A DNA stretch of 64,000 bases from Chitinophaga pinensis (GTDB lineage Bacteria; Bacteroidota; Bacteroidia; Chitinophagales; Chitinophagaceae). This document shows positions 19,025 to 28,373 of this stretch, one piece after another (within the stretch, counting starts at the first letter, position 1; each line of letters begins with the position of its first letter). The notes beneath the pieces are model-generated. The model was not told where the DNA came from. It was given only the letters and a program-made list of their open reading frames with translations, and made no database searches. The stretch spans positions 791 through 64,790 of the forward strand of contig CAMBDE010000002.1 in assembly GCA_945865295.1 (NCBI GenBank), read 5' to 3'. The position numbers and the translations under genes are program-made.

Positions 19025-19900
19025 TTATTCTTGTACCCTTTTTCCCATTATTGGTAGTGCTACCAAGATAACTAAAATAATGGTGGTTGGGATCTTAAAT
19101 AACTTAAGCATAAAAAATATGGAGATGATAAAAACTGGATATGTAAAAAGTAGGACAGAAAACAAAACAGAATCAAAAAATACGGAGTTTTTTGTTTTTT
19201 CTGCCACAAAGTTCTTTATTAGGTTGTAAAATGGTAGGTGAATTTTATAAAACAAATGGCTTTTATTAAATTTTGTTGGGGTTTTGGGAATTAAAATATT
19301 TTGTTTTAATTGATCAAAAACCAATTGATTAAATACAACACGGTCTCTACTATTTTGAATATGTGGAATATCATTCATTTCTGAAACAACCAAATTGACT
19401 GTTTTTCCAATTCCCTTAAATTGATTGAATGCAATTCCGGCTATATGAATCTTAGGATTGGTGTTTAATTTTTGAATGCCTTCTAAAATTCTTGCGGTTC
19501 CTTTTTTAAATGGTTGTAATTCATTACTATTAATACAAATACCTTCTATAAAAATAAGTACCGCATAACCCTTGTTTAATAACTCAATAGATTTTGTAAA
19601 TGCATAATCATTTAAATGTAAAAACTCCTTTCCCTCTCTAAGCCTATAGACTGGGATCATATTTAAAGACTCTAATAAAAATCGGTGTATGGGTTTTTTA
19701 AACGCGTCGCCCCTTGCTAAAAAATAAACCCTACGCTTATAATAGGATCCTATAATTAAAGCATCTAAAAAAGAATTAGGGTGGTTGGCAATAATTAATA
19801 ATGGTCCCCCTGTTTTAAATAGTTGTTTATTTTTAAGGTGAATCTTATGACAGAATAACCATAAACCTGCTTGAATGAATATTTTTAATAATTGCACCAC
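19025..19900 (-). CDS. PlsC-like glycerolipid acyltransferase
   Basis: 'NHPNSFLD' HX4D motif, 'IFIEG'; GTG start at 19900 inferred because the longer ORF overlaps the recA terminator. Confidence 0.8.
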   Translation of the reverse strand: MVQLLKIFIQAGLWLFCHKIHLKNKQLFKTGGPLLIIANHPNSFLDALIIGSYYKRRVYFLARGDAFKKPIHRFLLESLNMIPVYRLREGKEFLHLNDYAFTKSIELLNKGYAVLIFIEGICINSNELQPFKKGTARILEGIQKLNTNPKIHIAGIAFNQFKGIGKTVNLVVSEMNDIPHIQNSRDRVVFNQLVFDQLKQNILIPKTPTKFNKSHLFYKIHLPFYNLIKNFVAEKTKNSVFFDSVLFSVLLFTYPVFIISIFFMLKLFKIPTTIILVILVALPIMGKRVQE

Positions 19901-19911
19901 CCTATAAATAT

Positions 19912-19939
19912 AAAAAAACCGCATCACAAATGATGCGGT
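19912..19939 (-). terminator. Intrinsic terminator after recA
   Basis: accgcatc/gatgcggt stem plus T7 on the minus strand. Confidence 0.75.
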
Positions 19940-19977
19940 CTCTACCTACTAACCTTAAAAAAACACGTTTATATTGA

Positions 19978-20991
19978 CTATTGTGTAGCAGCTGCTTCTA
20001 CCTTTGCTGCTATTTTAGCTCTAATTTTAGCTTCTATTTCATTCGCCATTTCTGGATTATCGTGTAAAATTGTTTTAACCGAATCGCGTCCCTGGCCTAA
20101 TTTATTTCCTTCATAACTAAACCAGCTACCGCTTTTGTTGATTATTTCTAATTCAACACCCATATCAATTATTTCTCCAATTTTACTAATTCCCTCTCCG
20201 AAAATAATTTCAAATTCTGCAGCCCTAAACGGAGGTGCTACTTTATTTTTAACCACTTTTACTTTTACTCTATTTCCAATTGCTTCGTCTCCGTCTTTAA
20301 TTTGTGCCATTCTTCTAATATCTAAACGAACAGAGGCATAAAACTTTAAAGCATTTCCGCCTGTGGTTACTTCTGGATTACCAAACATGACGCCAATTTT
20401 TTCACGTAATTGATTAATGAAAATACAAACTGTACCTGTTTTATTAATTGTTGCTGTTAATTTTCTCAAAGCTTGAGACATTAATCTTGCATGTAATCCC
20501 ATTTTTGAATCACCCATTTCACCTTCTAATTCACTTTTTGGAACGAGTGCTGCAACTGAATCAATTACAACTACATCTATTGCGCCAGATAAAATTAAGC
20601 GGTCCGCTATTTCTAATGCTTGTTCACCATAATCTGGTTGAGAAACTAAAAGATTATCCACGTCTACGCCTAATCTTTTTGCATATGCACTATCAAATGC
20701 ATGTTCTGCATCAATAATCGCACACATTCCACCTTTTTTTTGTGCTTCTGCAATTACATGGATTGCTACGGTTGTTTTACCAGAAGATTCTGGTCCATAG
20801 ATTTCTATAATTCTACCTTTCGGTAATCCACCTATTCCTAACGCAGTATCTAATCCTATAGATCCTGTTGAAATAACTTCATGAGGCTCTTGACTGCGCT
20901 CATTCATCATCATTACACTTCCTTTACCATAATCCTTATCGATTTTATCGATAGTTAACTTTAGGGCTTTTAATTTTTCTGCGTTACTCAT
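19978..20991 (-). CDS. recA: Recombinase A
   Basis: 'GPESSGKTT', 'DSVAAL', '[10 protein letters not shown]', 'KNKVAPPF'. Confidence 0.99.
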   Translation of the reverse strand: MSNAEKLKALKLTIDKIDKDYGKGSVMMMNERSQEPHEVISTGSIGLDTALGIGGLPKGRIIEIYGPESSGKTTVAIHVIAEAQKKGGMCAIIDAEHAFDSAYAKRLGVDVDNLLVSQPDYGEQALEIADRLILSGAIDVVVIDSVAALVPKSELEGEMGDSKMGLHARLMSQALRKLTATINKTGTVCIFINQLREKIGVMFGNPEVTTGGNALKFYASVRLDIRRMAQIKDGDEAIGNRVKVKVVKNKVAPPFRAAEFEIIFGEGISKIGEIIDMGVELEIINKSGSWFSYEGNKLGQGRDSVKTILHDNPEMANEIEAKIRAKIAAKVEAAATQ

Positions 20992-21053
20992 AGCTTGTCG
21001 TTTTATGTTTTAATTTAAATTGAATGTGAAGATAGGGATAAATTGTTAATAAA

Positions 21054-21089
21054 CTAAAATATTTAGTATTATTTTACTAATTTGATTAG
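21054..21089. promoter_or_regulatory. Two CTAA-N5-TTAG palindromic operators (candidate SOS boxes) upstream of recA
   Basis: CTAAaatatTTAG 21054-21066 and CTAAtttgaTTAG 21077-21089; a degenerate copy at 21163-21175. Confidence 0.65.
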
Positions 21090-21700
21090 TTATTTTTAAT
21101 AAACTATCTTTAATTTAATATAAAACATTGATTTTTAATTATTTATAATATTTTTTAAATTAGTAATAAATTTAGTATTTATTTATTTTTGATTTTAAAG
21201 TATTTATCTAGCTGATAGCGTAGGTGATTCATAGGATCAAATAAAAGTAGTTTATTTTTAAATAATCTTTTAAATAGCAAATGTGTATTACTAACGTAGT
21301 ATTATTTAATAATACATTTATATAAATCAACTAATACTATTACGGATGTTTATATCTTAATAACTTAGTTATACACCTATTTTTGAATTCAATTCAGCTA
21401 TAATTAGCTTTTATATATCACCTTTATACCTTACTAGTAAAAGATGACCCATTCTTATTATTAGTATTTTTTATATATAAATATTCAAGTCATTTAAATT
21501 GCCACAGGTTATACACTGTTAATTAACGTGAATAAAATGACTAATAAGTAACCAATATTCTACTTTTTTATATAAACAAATCTCCTTATTCCTTTTTTAT
21601 ACCCATATATTCATTAAAAAACGCCCCTTATTCACCGTTTTTTTATTTATCCACTCATCTATTGTGTATTTAAATCTTGATTCAAATGAATTTCATTCAT
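21090..21700. other. Candidate chromosomal replication origin (oriC)
   Basis: About 750-bp extremely AT-rich gap with no ORF; TTATNCAC boxes at 21369, 21509, 21527(-), 21628, 21647; gene strand bias flips here; parS and mnmG about 4.5 kb away. Confidence 0.55.
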
Positions 21701-21742
21701 ATAATATACTAAATTTGCTGCCTATATAATTATAAGATACAT

Positions 21743-23821
21743 ATGTCTATTATTCAGAACATTCGTGATAAAGGTGCTTGGATCATCTTTACAATTATTG
21801 TAATCGCTTTGGTTGCTTTTGTTTTACAAGATGGGATTGGTAAACAAGGTAATACTATGGTTTCAGAACTTGGAACTGTAAATGGAGTAGGCATTAATAA
21901 AATAAATTTCGAAGAGAAATTAGATATTCAAGTACAAAATTATGCATCCCAGGGCGTGAAGCGTGAACAATTAATAGGTTTCTTATGGAACCAAGAAGTA
22001 GACCGCGTTTTGTTTATTACAGAAGAAAAAAAGTTAGGTATAACAGTTGGTACTAAAGAATTATCTGATGTGTTATTTGGAACAGAATCTCCATTTAGAC
22101 AGGAATTTACAGATCCAAATACAGGGGAGTTTAAAGTGAATGATGCTAAACAAGCGGTTGCACAAGTTAAAAAAAGTAAAAACCAAGATCAAATCAATCA
22201 AATTGAGAAGATGTATATCGAACCGTCTATTGAGAATAGATTGAGAAATAAATATCAAGCTTTAGTGGTGAAGGGTGTACAGGTACCAACCTGGATGATT
22301 CAAAAACAATATAACGAGAGTAATAGTATTGCAAATATTAATATTGTAGGCATACCCTATGCAAGCATTTCTGATAGCGCAATAAAAGTTACAGACGACG
22401 AGGTTTCTAAATATATTAAAGAAAACGCAGCAGCATACCAAGTGGAAGAAGCCACTAAATCAATTAATTTTGTTGGTTTTTCCGCAGCGCCTACTAGTGT
22501 TGATTCAACGACTGTTTTTAATACCATCTCTACATTAAAAGAAGATTTTCAAGCAGCACAAGATCCTGCTGTTTTTTTAAATAAAGCTGGATCAGATTTA
22601 CCTTATTATAACAGCTACATCAGCACAAAGTCTTTACAGATCCCAAATAAAGAAGCAATTATCGCAGCGGGTGTAGGAAACGCTTATGGTCCTTATGTGG
22701 ATGGAAAAAATTATACCATCGCAAAAGTAATTGGTGTTAAACAATGGCCCGATAGCGCAAGCGTAAGACATATATTAATTGCAACCGCAGGTCAAAACGG
22801 ACAAATTATTCGCGACGATAGTGCCGCTAAGAAATTAATAGATAGTATAAAATCTGCCATAGCTGGTGGTGTTTCATTTGATGAAATGGTTTTAAAATAT
22901 TCAGACGACGCAGGCAGTAAAGAAAAGGGTGGAAAATATGAAATGTTTCCACAAGCACAAATGGTAGGTCCGTTTAACGATTTTTCTTTTGATAATTCTG
23001 TGGGAACAAAGGGTGTTGTAAAAACCGATTTCGGATACCACTATATTGAAGTATTAAAACAAACGGCAAAAAGCCCTGCGTATAAAATTGCGTATTTATC
23101 AAAAGTAATTCTTCCAAGTAGCGAAACAATTGGTGTAGCATCTGCTGCTGCTGCTGCTTTTGCAAGTGCGAGCAAAGATGTAAAATCATTCAACCAAGAA
23201 GCGGTTAAATTAAACAAACAATCTTTTCCGGCATCGGGCATAAAGTCAATGGATTATGAAATTGCTGGCATTGGAGAATCTAGATCTCTTGTGCGTTGGG
23301 CCTTTGAAAAAGACTTAAATGCTGTTTCAGAACCAACCGAGGTGGGAGATAGTTATTTTGTAGCCATCATCACAGGAGAAGAAAAAGTTGGTTTAGCATC
23401 AGTTGCTTCGGTTAAACCACAAATAGAAGGACTTTTAAGAGATCAAAAGAAAGCCATTCAAATAAAACAAAATTTTAAGGGCAACACAATAGAAGAGATT
23501 GCGGCAAGCGCAAAAACAATCATACAACCCGCAGACAGCATCAACTTTAATTATTCAATGATCCCTGGTATTGGTAATGAACCAAAATTAGTTGGAGCTG
23601 CATTTAATAAAGCATTCTTAAACAAACCAAGTGCACCAATTGCAGGTAATGCTGGCGTTTTTGTAATTAGTGTAAAATCACAAGGTGCTAAAGCTGCTAC
23701 ACAAGACCTTGCCAGCTTTGAGGCGGATTTAATTAACAGAACCAGATCGGTGATCTATAGAACCAATATCGGATTGAAAAAAGTAGCAAAGATAAAAGAC
23801 AATCGTATGGAGGTTTATTAG
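21743..23821 (+). CDS. PpiD/SurA-like membrane-anchored parvulin peptidyl-prolyl isomerase
   Basis: 'MSIIQNIRDKG' plus TM anchor; parvulin motifs 'RHILI', 'YSDDAGS', 'TDFGYHYI'. Confidence 0.9.
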   Translation: MSIIQNIRDKGAWIIFTIIVIALVAFVLQDGIGKQGNTMVSELGTVNGVGINKINFEEKLDIQVQNYASQGVKREQLIGFLWNQEVDRVLFITEEKKLGITVGTKELSDVLFGTESPFRQEFTDPNTGEFKVNDAKQAVAQVKKSKNQDQINQIEKMYIEPSIENRLRNKYQALVVKGVQVPTWMIQKQYNESNSIANINIVGIPYASISDSAIKVTDDEVSKYIKENAAAYQVEEATKSINFVGFSAAPTSVDSTTVFNTISTLKEDFQAAQDPAVFLNKAGSDLPYYNSYISTKSLQIPNKEAIIAAGVGNAYGPYVDGKNYTIAKVIGVKQWPDSASVRHILIATAGQNGQIIRDDSAAKKLIDSIKSAIAGGVSFDEMVLKYSDDAGSKEKGGKYEMFPQAQMVGPFNDFSFDNSVGTKGVVKTDFGYHYIEVLKQTAKSPAYKIAYLSKVILPSSETIGVASAAAAAFASASKDVKSFNQEAVKLNKQSFPASGIKSMDYEIAGIGESRSLVRWAFEKDLNAVSEPTEVGDSYFVAIITGEEKVGLASVASVKPQIEGLLRDQKKAIQIKQNFKGNTIEEIAASAKTIIQPADSINFNYSMIPGIGNEPKLVGAAFNKAFLNKPSAPIAGNAGVFVISVKSQGAKAATQDLASFEADLINRTRSVIYRTNIGLKKVAKIKDNRMEVY

Positions 23822-23841
23822 TAGTCAATATAACCTATTTT

Positions 23842-23870
23842 AAACCCTCGATTTTTTCGGGGGTTTTTTT
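23842..23870 (+). terminator. Intrinsic terminator
   Basis: aaaccctcga...tcgggggttt plus T-run. Confidence 0.75.
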
Positions 23871-23929
23871 ATTCGCTTTTCGAAACAAGATTTCCACTTG
23901 GTTTCTAAAAAACAATCTAATTTTACACC

Positions 23930-24436
23930 ATGTCAGAACCCCTTATTAACAAAGTAGCGGAGAGTGGTTTAATTAGTTTGGACCTAGCTCAATATATCCC
24001 AAACAATGAAATAGTTGTTTTTGATTTTAAACCATATTTATTTATGGAGTTAATTCTTAAAGAGAAAGATTTTCGCGCAAGTTTAGCTGCTATAGATTGG
24101 ACACAATATGAAAATAAAATGGTAGGTATTTTCTGTAGCACAGATGCTATTATTCCAATGTGGGCAAATATGTTGCTTGTTGCAAATTTATCACCCTTTG
24201 CCAAGTCGGTTTATTTTGGTGATGAAAACAAAACAAGAGAGTTGGTTTTATTAGAAGAGATACAAAAGATAGATCCTTCTTCTTTTACAGACCAACGTGT
24301 TGTTGTTAAAGGCTGTGGTGACACACCTATTGGAGAATCTGCATTTATTGCAATTACACAAAAACTACGCCCAGTAGTTAAAAGTATCATGTACGGAGAA
24401 CCCTGCTCTACTGTGCCAGTTTATAAAAAGAAATAA
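23930..24436 (+). CDS. DUF2480-like conserved Bacteroidota protein
   Basis: 'INKVAESGL', 'CSTDAIIPMWA', 'KGC', 'MYGEPCSTVP'. Confidence 0.85.
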   Translation: MSEPLINKVAESGLISLDLAQYIPNNEIVVFDFKPYLFMELILKEKDFRASLAAIDWTQYENKMVGIFCSTDAIIPMWANMLLVANLSPFAKSVYFGDENKTRELVLLEEIQKIDPSSFTDQRVVVKGCGDTPIGESAFIAITQKLRPVVKSIMYGEPCSTVPVYKKK

Positions 24437-24516
24437 TTTGAGAAGAGTTTTTCTTTAGGGTTTATCTTTTAGGGCTTCTCTAATAAAATATCTTTACTAT
24501 CGGTCGCTTTCGCGCC

Positions 24517-25089
24517 TTATTCTTTAAAATAATTACACCTTTCAATTTCTAGTCTTACATCCTCTGGAACTAAATAACGTATTGTGATACCTTCTTTACA
24601 ATTATTGCGAATTAAGGTTGCTGATAATTCCAACATGGGTGCTTCAAGGTATTGCATATTTGCACCATAATTTTCTGTGATATCAAACCCCGGTCTTCTA
24701 TAAACAATGAATTGATAATTTTTTACAAGGGTTTCAAAATTTTTCCATTTAGGTAAATTTTGAAAACTATCTCCTCCCATGATGATATAAAATTCGTGCT
24801 GTGGAAACTTCTCTTCTAAATACGTTAGGGTATCAATAGTATAGGAGGGTTTTGGAAGCTTAAACTCTATGTCGCTTACCTTAATCTGATCATCATTTTC
24901 AATGGCCAATTGCGCTAAATGCAAACGATCATATTCGTTTAATAAACTAGATTGGCTTTTATGAGGATTTTGAGGAGAGACGACCAACCAAATTTGTTTC
25001 AAATCGGTGTGGTTAGCAATATAACTAGCCACCATCAAATGGCCATGGTGAATGGGGTTGAAAGAACCAAAAAATAGACCAATTTTCAT
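24517..25089 (-). CDS. nadD: Nicotinate-nucleotide adenylyltransferase
   Basis: 'GSFNPIHHGH', 'PSYTIDTL', 'LSATLIR'. Confidence 0.95.
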   Translation of the reverse strand: MKIGLFFGSFNPIHHGHLMVASYIANHTDLKQIWLVVSPQNPHKSQSSLLNEYDRLHLAQLAIENDDQIKVSDIEFKLPKPSYTIDTLTYLEEKFPQHEFYIIMGGDSFQNLPKWKNFETLVKNYQFIVYRRPGFDITENYGANMQYLEAPMLELSATLIRNNCKEGITIRYLVPEDVRLEIERCNYFKE

Positions 25090-25124
25090 CTCAAAATATT
25101 GATATTCAGTTAGTTATGCAGATT

Positions 25125-25343
25125 TTAGGTAATAATGATACCCTCTGCTTCGTCATTTCTTAAGCTTAATTGATAACCCGCTACAGAAATTGATATAGGA
25201 TCTCCAAGCGGCGCAATTTGTTCTACTCGAATGGTTTCACCAGGAATGCAACCCATCTCCATCAACTTTAAAAATATTTCATCATTTTCAAAGGAGTGAA
25301 TCACGCCCGTTTCACCAATTTTTAAATCCGACAATTTCTTCAT
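25125..25343 (-). CDS. feoA: FeoA family protein
   Basis: 'KLMEMG', 'APLGDPI', 'LSLR'; ATG at 25343; no feoB adjacent. Confidence 0.88.
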   Translation of the reverse strand: MKKLSDLKIGETGVIHSFENDEIFLKLMEMGCIPGETIRVEQIAPLGDPISISVAGYQLSLRNDEAEGIIIT

Positions 25344-25436
25344 AATAGAGCACAAAGATACCATAGTTTATATTTATGTGCTTACGAAATATGGAGCATT
25401 AAATTTCGTTATAAATACAATCACTCTCAATGTTTT

Positions 25437-25874
25437 ATGGACAGGACTATTTTTTTTAACAATGCGGATAAGGGTACCAGCCTTAGGTTTAGGACAAAGC
25501 TAAAAGCCTTTATCCATCAGCAATGTCATAAAGAGGGGATTAAGATAGAGGCCCTACAATATGTATTCTGTTCCGATGCCTATCTATTAGATATCAACAA
25601 ACGGTTTTTACAACACGATTTCTACACAGATATTCTCAGCTTTGATCTTTCAGACCAGAAGGGGAAATTAATTGGAGATATCTATATAAGCGTTGATCGC
25701 GTCAAGGAAAATGCCAAAACAGAAGGGAATTTGTATATGCATGAGTTATTAAGGGTGATTTTTCATGGCGCACTGCATTTTTGTGGATACAAAGACAAGA
25801 AACCGGCCGATGTGAAGATGATGCGTTCAATGGAGGATAAATGGCTGAAAGCGTATTTGAAAATGATTACCTAG
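25437..25874 (+). CDS. ybeY: rRNA maturation RNase YbeY
   Basis: 'TDILSF', 'GDIYIS', 'HGALHFCGY'. Confidence 0.93.
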   Translation: MDRTIFFNNADKGTSLRFRTKLKAFIHQQCHKEGIKIEALQYVFCSDAYLLDINKRFLQHDFYTDILSFDLSDQKGKLIGDIYISVDRVKENAKTEGNLYMHELLRVIFHGALHFCGYKDKKPADVKMMRSMEDKWLKAYLKMIT

Positions 25875-25895
25875 GATGATGATCAATTGACTGAG

Positions 25896-25911
25896 TGTTC
25901 CACGTGGAACA
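25896..25911. promoter_or_regulatory. parS site
   Basis: Perfect palindrome TGTTCCACGTGGAACA matching the parS consensus. Confidence 0.85.
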
Positions 25912-25957
25912 TTTTCGTAACAAGTGAACACCAAATATGAACTTATGAAATTTAAAG

Positions 25958-26176
25958 ATTGAGAAAATATACCTATTCCTTGGCTCTCGCTCGCTTTGCT
26001 CGAACGATCGCTACGGAATAGTATATTATTCTCAATTGCTTACTGTGTAAATACTGGTTAGGGGTTGTTGTGATTTGCTATTGCCTCAAGTTGAATAATT
26101 AGAAAACAATACAAATATTCGACGAACTTTCGAGCAACGCGAGCAGAGAGACGAATATTTCGGTATTTTTTCTAAT
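25958..26176. repeat. Inverted pair of diverged 79-bp hairpin elements (25958-26036, 26098-26176)
   Basis: Each has long terminal inverted arms; shared core gctcgc(t/g)ttgctcgaa in opposite orientations. Confidence 0.7.
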
Positions 26177-26273
26177 ATATACTTGTAGAAGTACAATTTT
26201 AGACAGGGCTTACTAGTAGAGGAAAAAATACAAAGTGTTCCACGAGAAAACACGAAGTGTTTGATACTCCATA

Positions 26274-26311
26274 TAAATTAATGACGTTCCACGTGGAACG
26301 TCATTAATTTA
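26274..26311. promoter_or_regulatory. parS site inside a 38-bp perfect palindrome (degenerate third site at 26236-26251)
   Basis: taaattaatgaCGTTCCACGTGGAACGtcattaattta. Confidence 0.8.
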
Positions 26312-26338
26312 GTAAAACCATCTTATCTTTGCAACCTT

Positions 26339-28207
26339 ATGTTTCCAAAATACAATGTCATAGTAGTAGGAGCGGGCCATGCTGGTTCTGAAGCAGCGGC
26401 GGCAGCGGCCAATATGGGCTCTAAAGTCCTGTTGATTACTATGAATATGCAGACCATCGCTCAAATGAGTTGTAATCCTGCGATGGGCGGCATTGCTAAG
26501 GGTCAGATTGTGAGGGAGATAGATGCGATGGGCGGATACAGTGGAATTGTGTCCGATTTAAGTACAATTCAGTTTAGGATGTTGAATAAAAGCAAGGGAC
26601 CGGCCATGTGGAGTCCTAGGGCACAGAACGATCGACACCTATTTGCAAGCAAATGGAGAGAGATGTTAGAGCTTACACCTAATGTTGATTTTTACCAAGA
26701 CTCTGTAAATGAACTAGTTATAAAGAATGGTAAGGCCTGTGGCGTTAAAACGAGCATGGGTCACGAAATCTTAGCCGACGCCGTGGTGATCACTAGTGGC
26801 ACTTTTTTAAACGGCATCATGCACATAGGAGAAAAGCAAATGGGCGGCGGAAGAGTAGCAGAAAGAGCAGCGACCGGCATTACCGAACAGCTTGTTTCAT
26901 TTGGCCTGGAATCAGATAGACTCAAAACGGGCACGCCCCCAAGAGTAGACGGCAGAAGCTTGGATTATTCCAAAATGGAAGAACAAAAAGGAGACGAAGA
27001 AGTGGTAGGCTTTAGTTATATGGATATTCCAAGGGTTAAAGCTGCAGACCAGCGCTCTTGTTGGATTACGTATACCGATCCTATTGTACACGATATATTA
27101 AAAACAGGATTTGACAGAAGCCCAATGTACCAAGGCCGTATAGAAGGTGTGGGTCCAAGATACTGCCCAAGCATTGAAGATAAAATCAATCGATTTGCAG
27201 ATAGAGAAAGACATCAATTATTTGTTGAGCCAGAAGGCTGGAACACGGTAGAGGTATATGTAAACGGGTTTAGCACTAGTTTACCAGAAGAAGTGCAATA
27301 CGAAGCCCTTCGTAAGGTGCCTGGTTTTGAAAAAGCAAGAATGTTCCGCCCGGGCTATGCGATTGAGTATGATTTTTTCCAACCCACTCAATTAAAGTAT
27401 ACACTAGAAACAAAAGCCATTGAAAACTTATATTTTGCCGGACAAATTAACGGAACGACTGGCTATGAAGAAGCTGCTTGTCAAGGGATGATGGCGGGGA
27501 TGAATGCACATTTAAAAATCAATGAAAAAGCACCATTTATTTTGCAAAGAAGTGATGCTTATATTGGCGTTTTAATAGATGACTTAATTAGCAAGGGAAC
27601 CAAAGAGCCTTATAGAATGTTTACATCTAGGGCTGAGTTTAGAACACTATTGCGTCAGGATAATGCCGATTTAAGATTAACAGAATTATCATACAACCTA
27701 GGTTTAGCAAGCATCGATCGCATGCGTAAAGTACAAGACAAAAACAACTACGTAGCAGAGATTAAAAACACTTTGAATACGCACTCTATTGAACCGCACG
27801 AAATCAATGGATTCCTTACTAGCATTGACTCTGCGGAGATGACCGAAAAACAAAAAGCATCAAAATTAGTTTTAAGACCTAATATTTGTTTACAACAATT
27901 AATGGACCATTCGGTTTCCTTAAATGAAAAACTTCAAGGGAACGAACCTGATTATTTAGAGCAAGCAGAGATCCAGGTGAAGTATGAAAGATATATTGAG
28001 AAAGAAAAAGAAATCGTAGAACGTATGTCTGCATTGGAGCATAAGGTTATACCAGACAGTTTTGATTTTGATAAAATACCTGCACTATCTATAGAAGCGA
28101 TGCAGAAGTTTAAAAAAATCAGACCCATTACAATTGGACAAGCAAGTAGAATTAGTGGAGTGAATCCAAGTGACATTCAAATTCTGATGGTATACATGGG
28201 TCGATAA
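26339..28207 (+). CDS. mnmG: tRNA uridine-5-carboxymethylaminomethyl synthesis enzyme MnmG (GidA)
   Basis: 'GAGHAG', 'MSCNPAMGG', 'KTGTPPR', 'GPRYCPSIEDK', 'AGQINGTTGYEEAA'. Confidence 0.98.
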   Translation: MFPKYNVIVVGAGHAGSEAAAAAANMGSKVLLITMNMQTIAQMSCNPAMGGIAKGQIVREIDAMGGYSGIVSDLSTIQFRMLNKSKGPAMWSPRAQNDRHLFASKWREMLELTPNVDFYQDSVNELVIKNGKACGVKTSMGHEILADAVVITSGTFLNGIMHIGEKQMGGGRVAERAATGITEQLVSFGLESDRLKTGTPPRVDGRSLDYSKMEEQKGDEEVVGFSYMDIPRVKAADQRSCWITYTDPIVHDILKTGFDRSPMYQGRIEGVGPRYCPSIEDKINRFADRERHQLFVEPEGWNTVEVYVNGFSTSLPEEVQYEALRKVPGFEKARMFRPGYAIEYDFFQPTQLKYTLETKAIENLYFAGQINGTTGYEEAACQGMMAGMNAHLKINEKAPFILQRSDAYIGVLIDDLISKGTKEPYRMFTSRAEFRTLLRQDNADLRLTELSYNLGLASIDRMRKVQDKNNYVAEIKNTLNTHSIEPHEINGFLTSIDSAEMTEKQKASKLVLRPNICLQQLMDHSVSLNEKLQGNEPDYLEQAEIQVKYERYIEKEKEIVERMSALEHKVIPDSFDFDKIPALSIEAMQKFKKIRPITIGQASRISGVNPSDIQILMVYMGR

Positions 28208-28373
28208 TACATCGAATCACCCCCTTCACCATTTATCAAAAAAAAGCAAGTTCTCCTTCGTTGAATCGTTGTTTTTAGTAGCTTTAGAAAGAGGAGCTTC
28301 CATGATTCACCCCATTTTTTTTGGGTGAATAATTGGGCTTTATTTTTTTATTTAAAACTAAAATCAACCGCGT

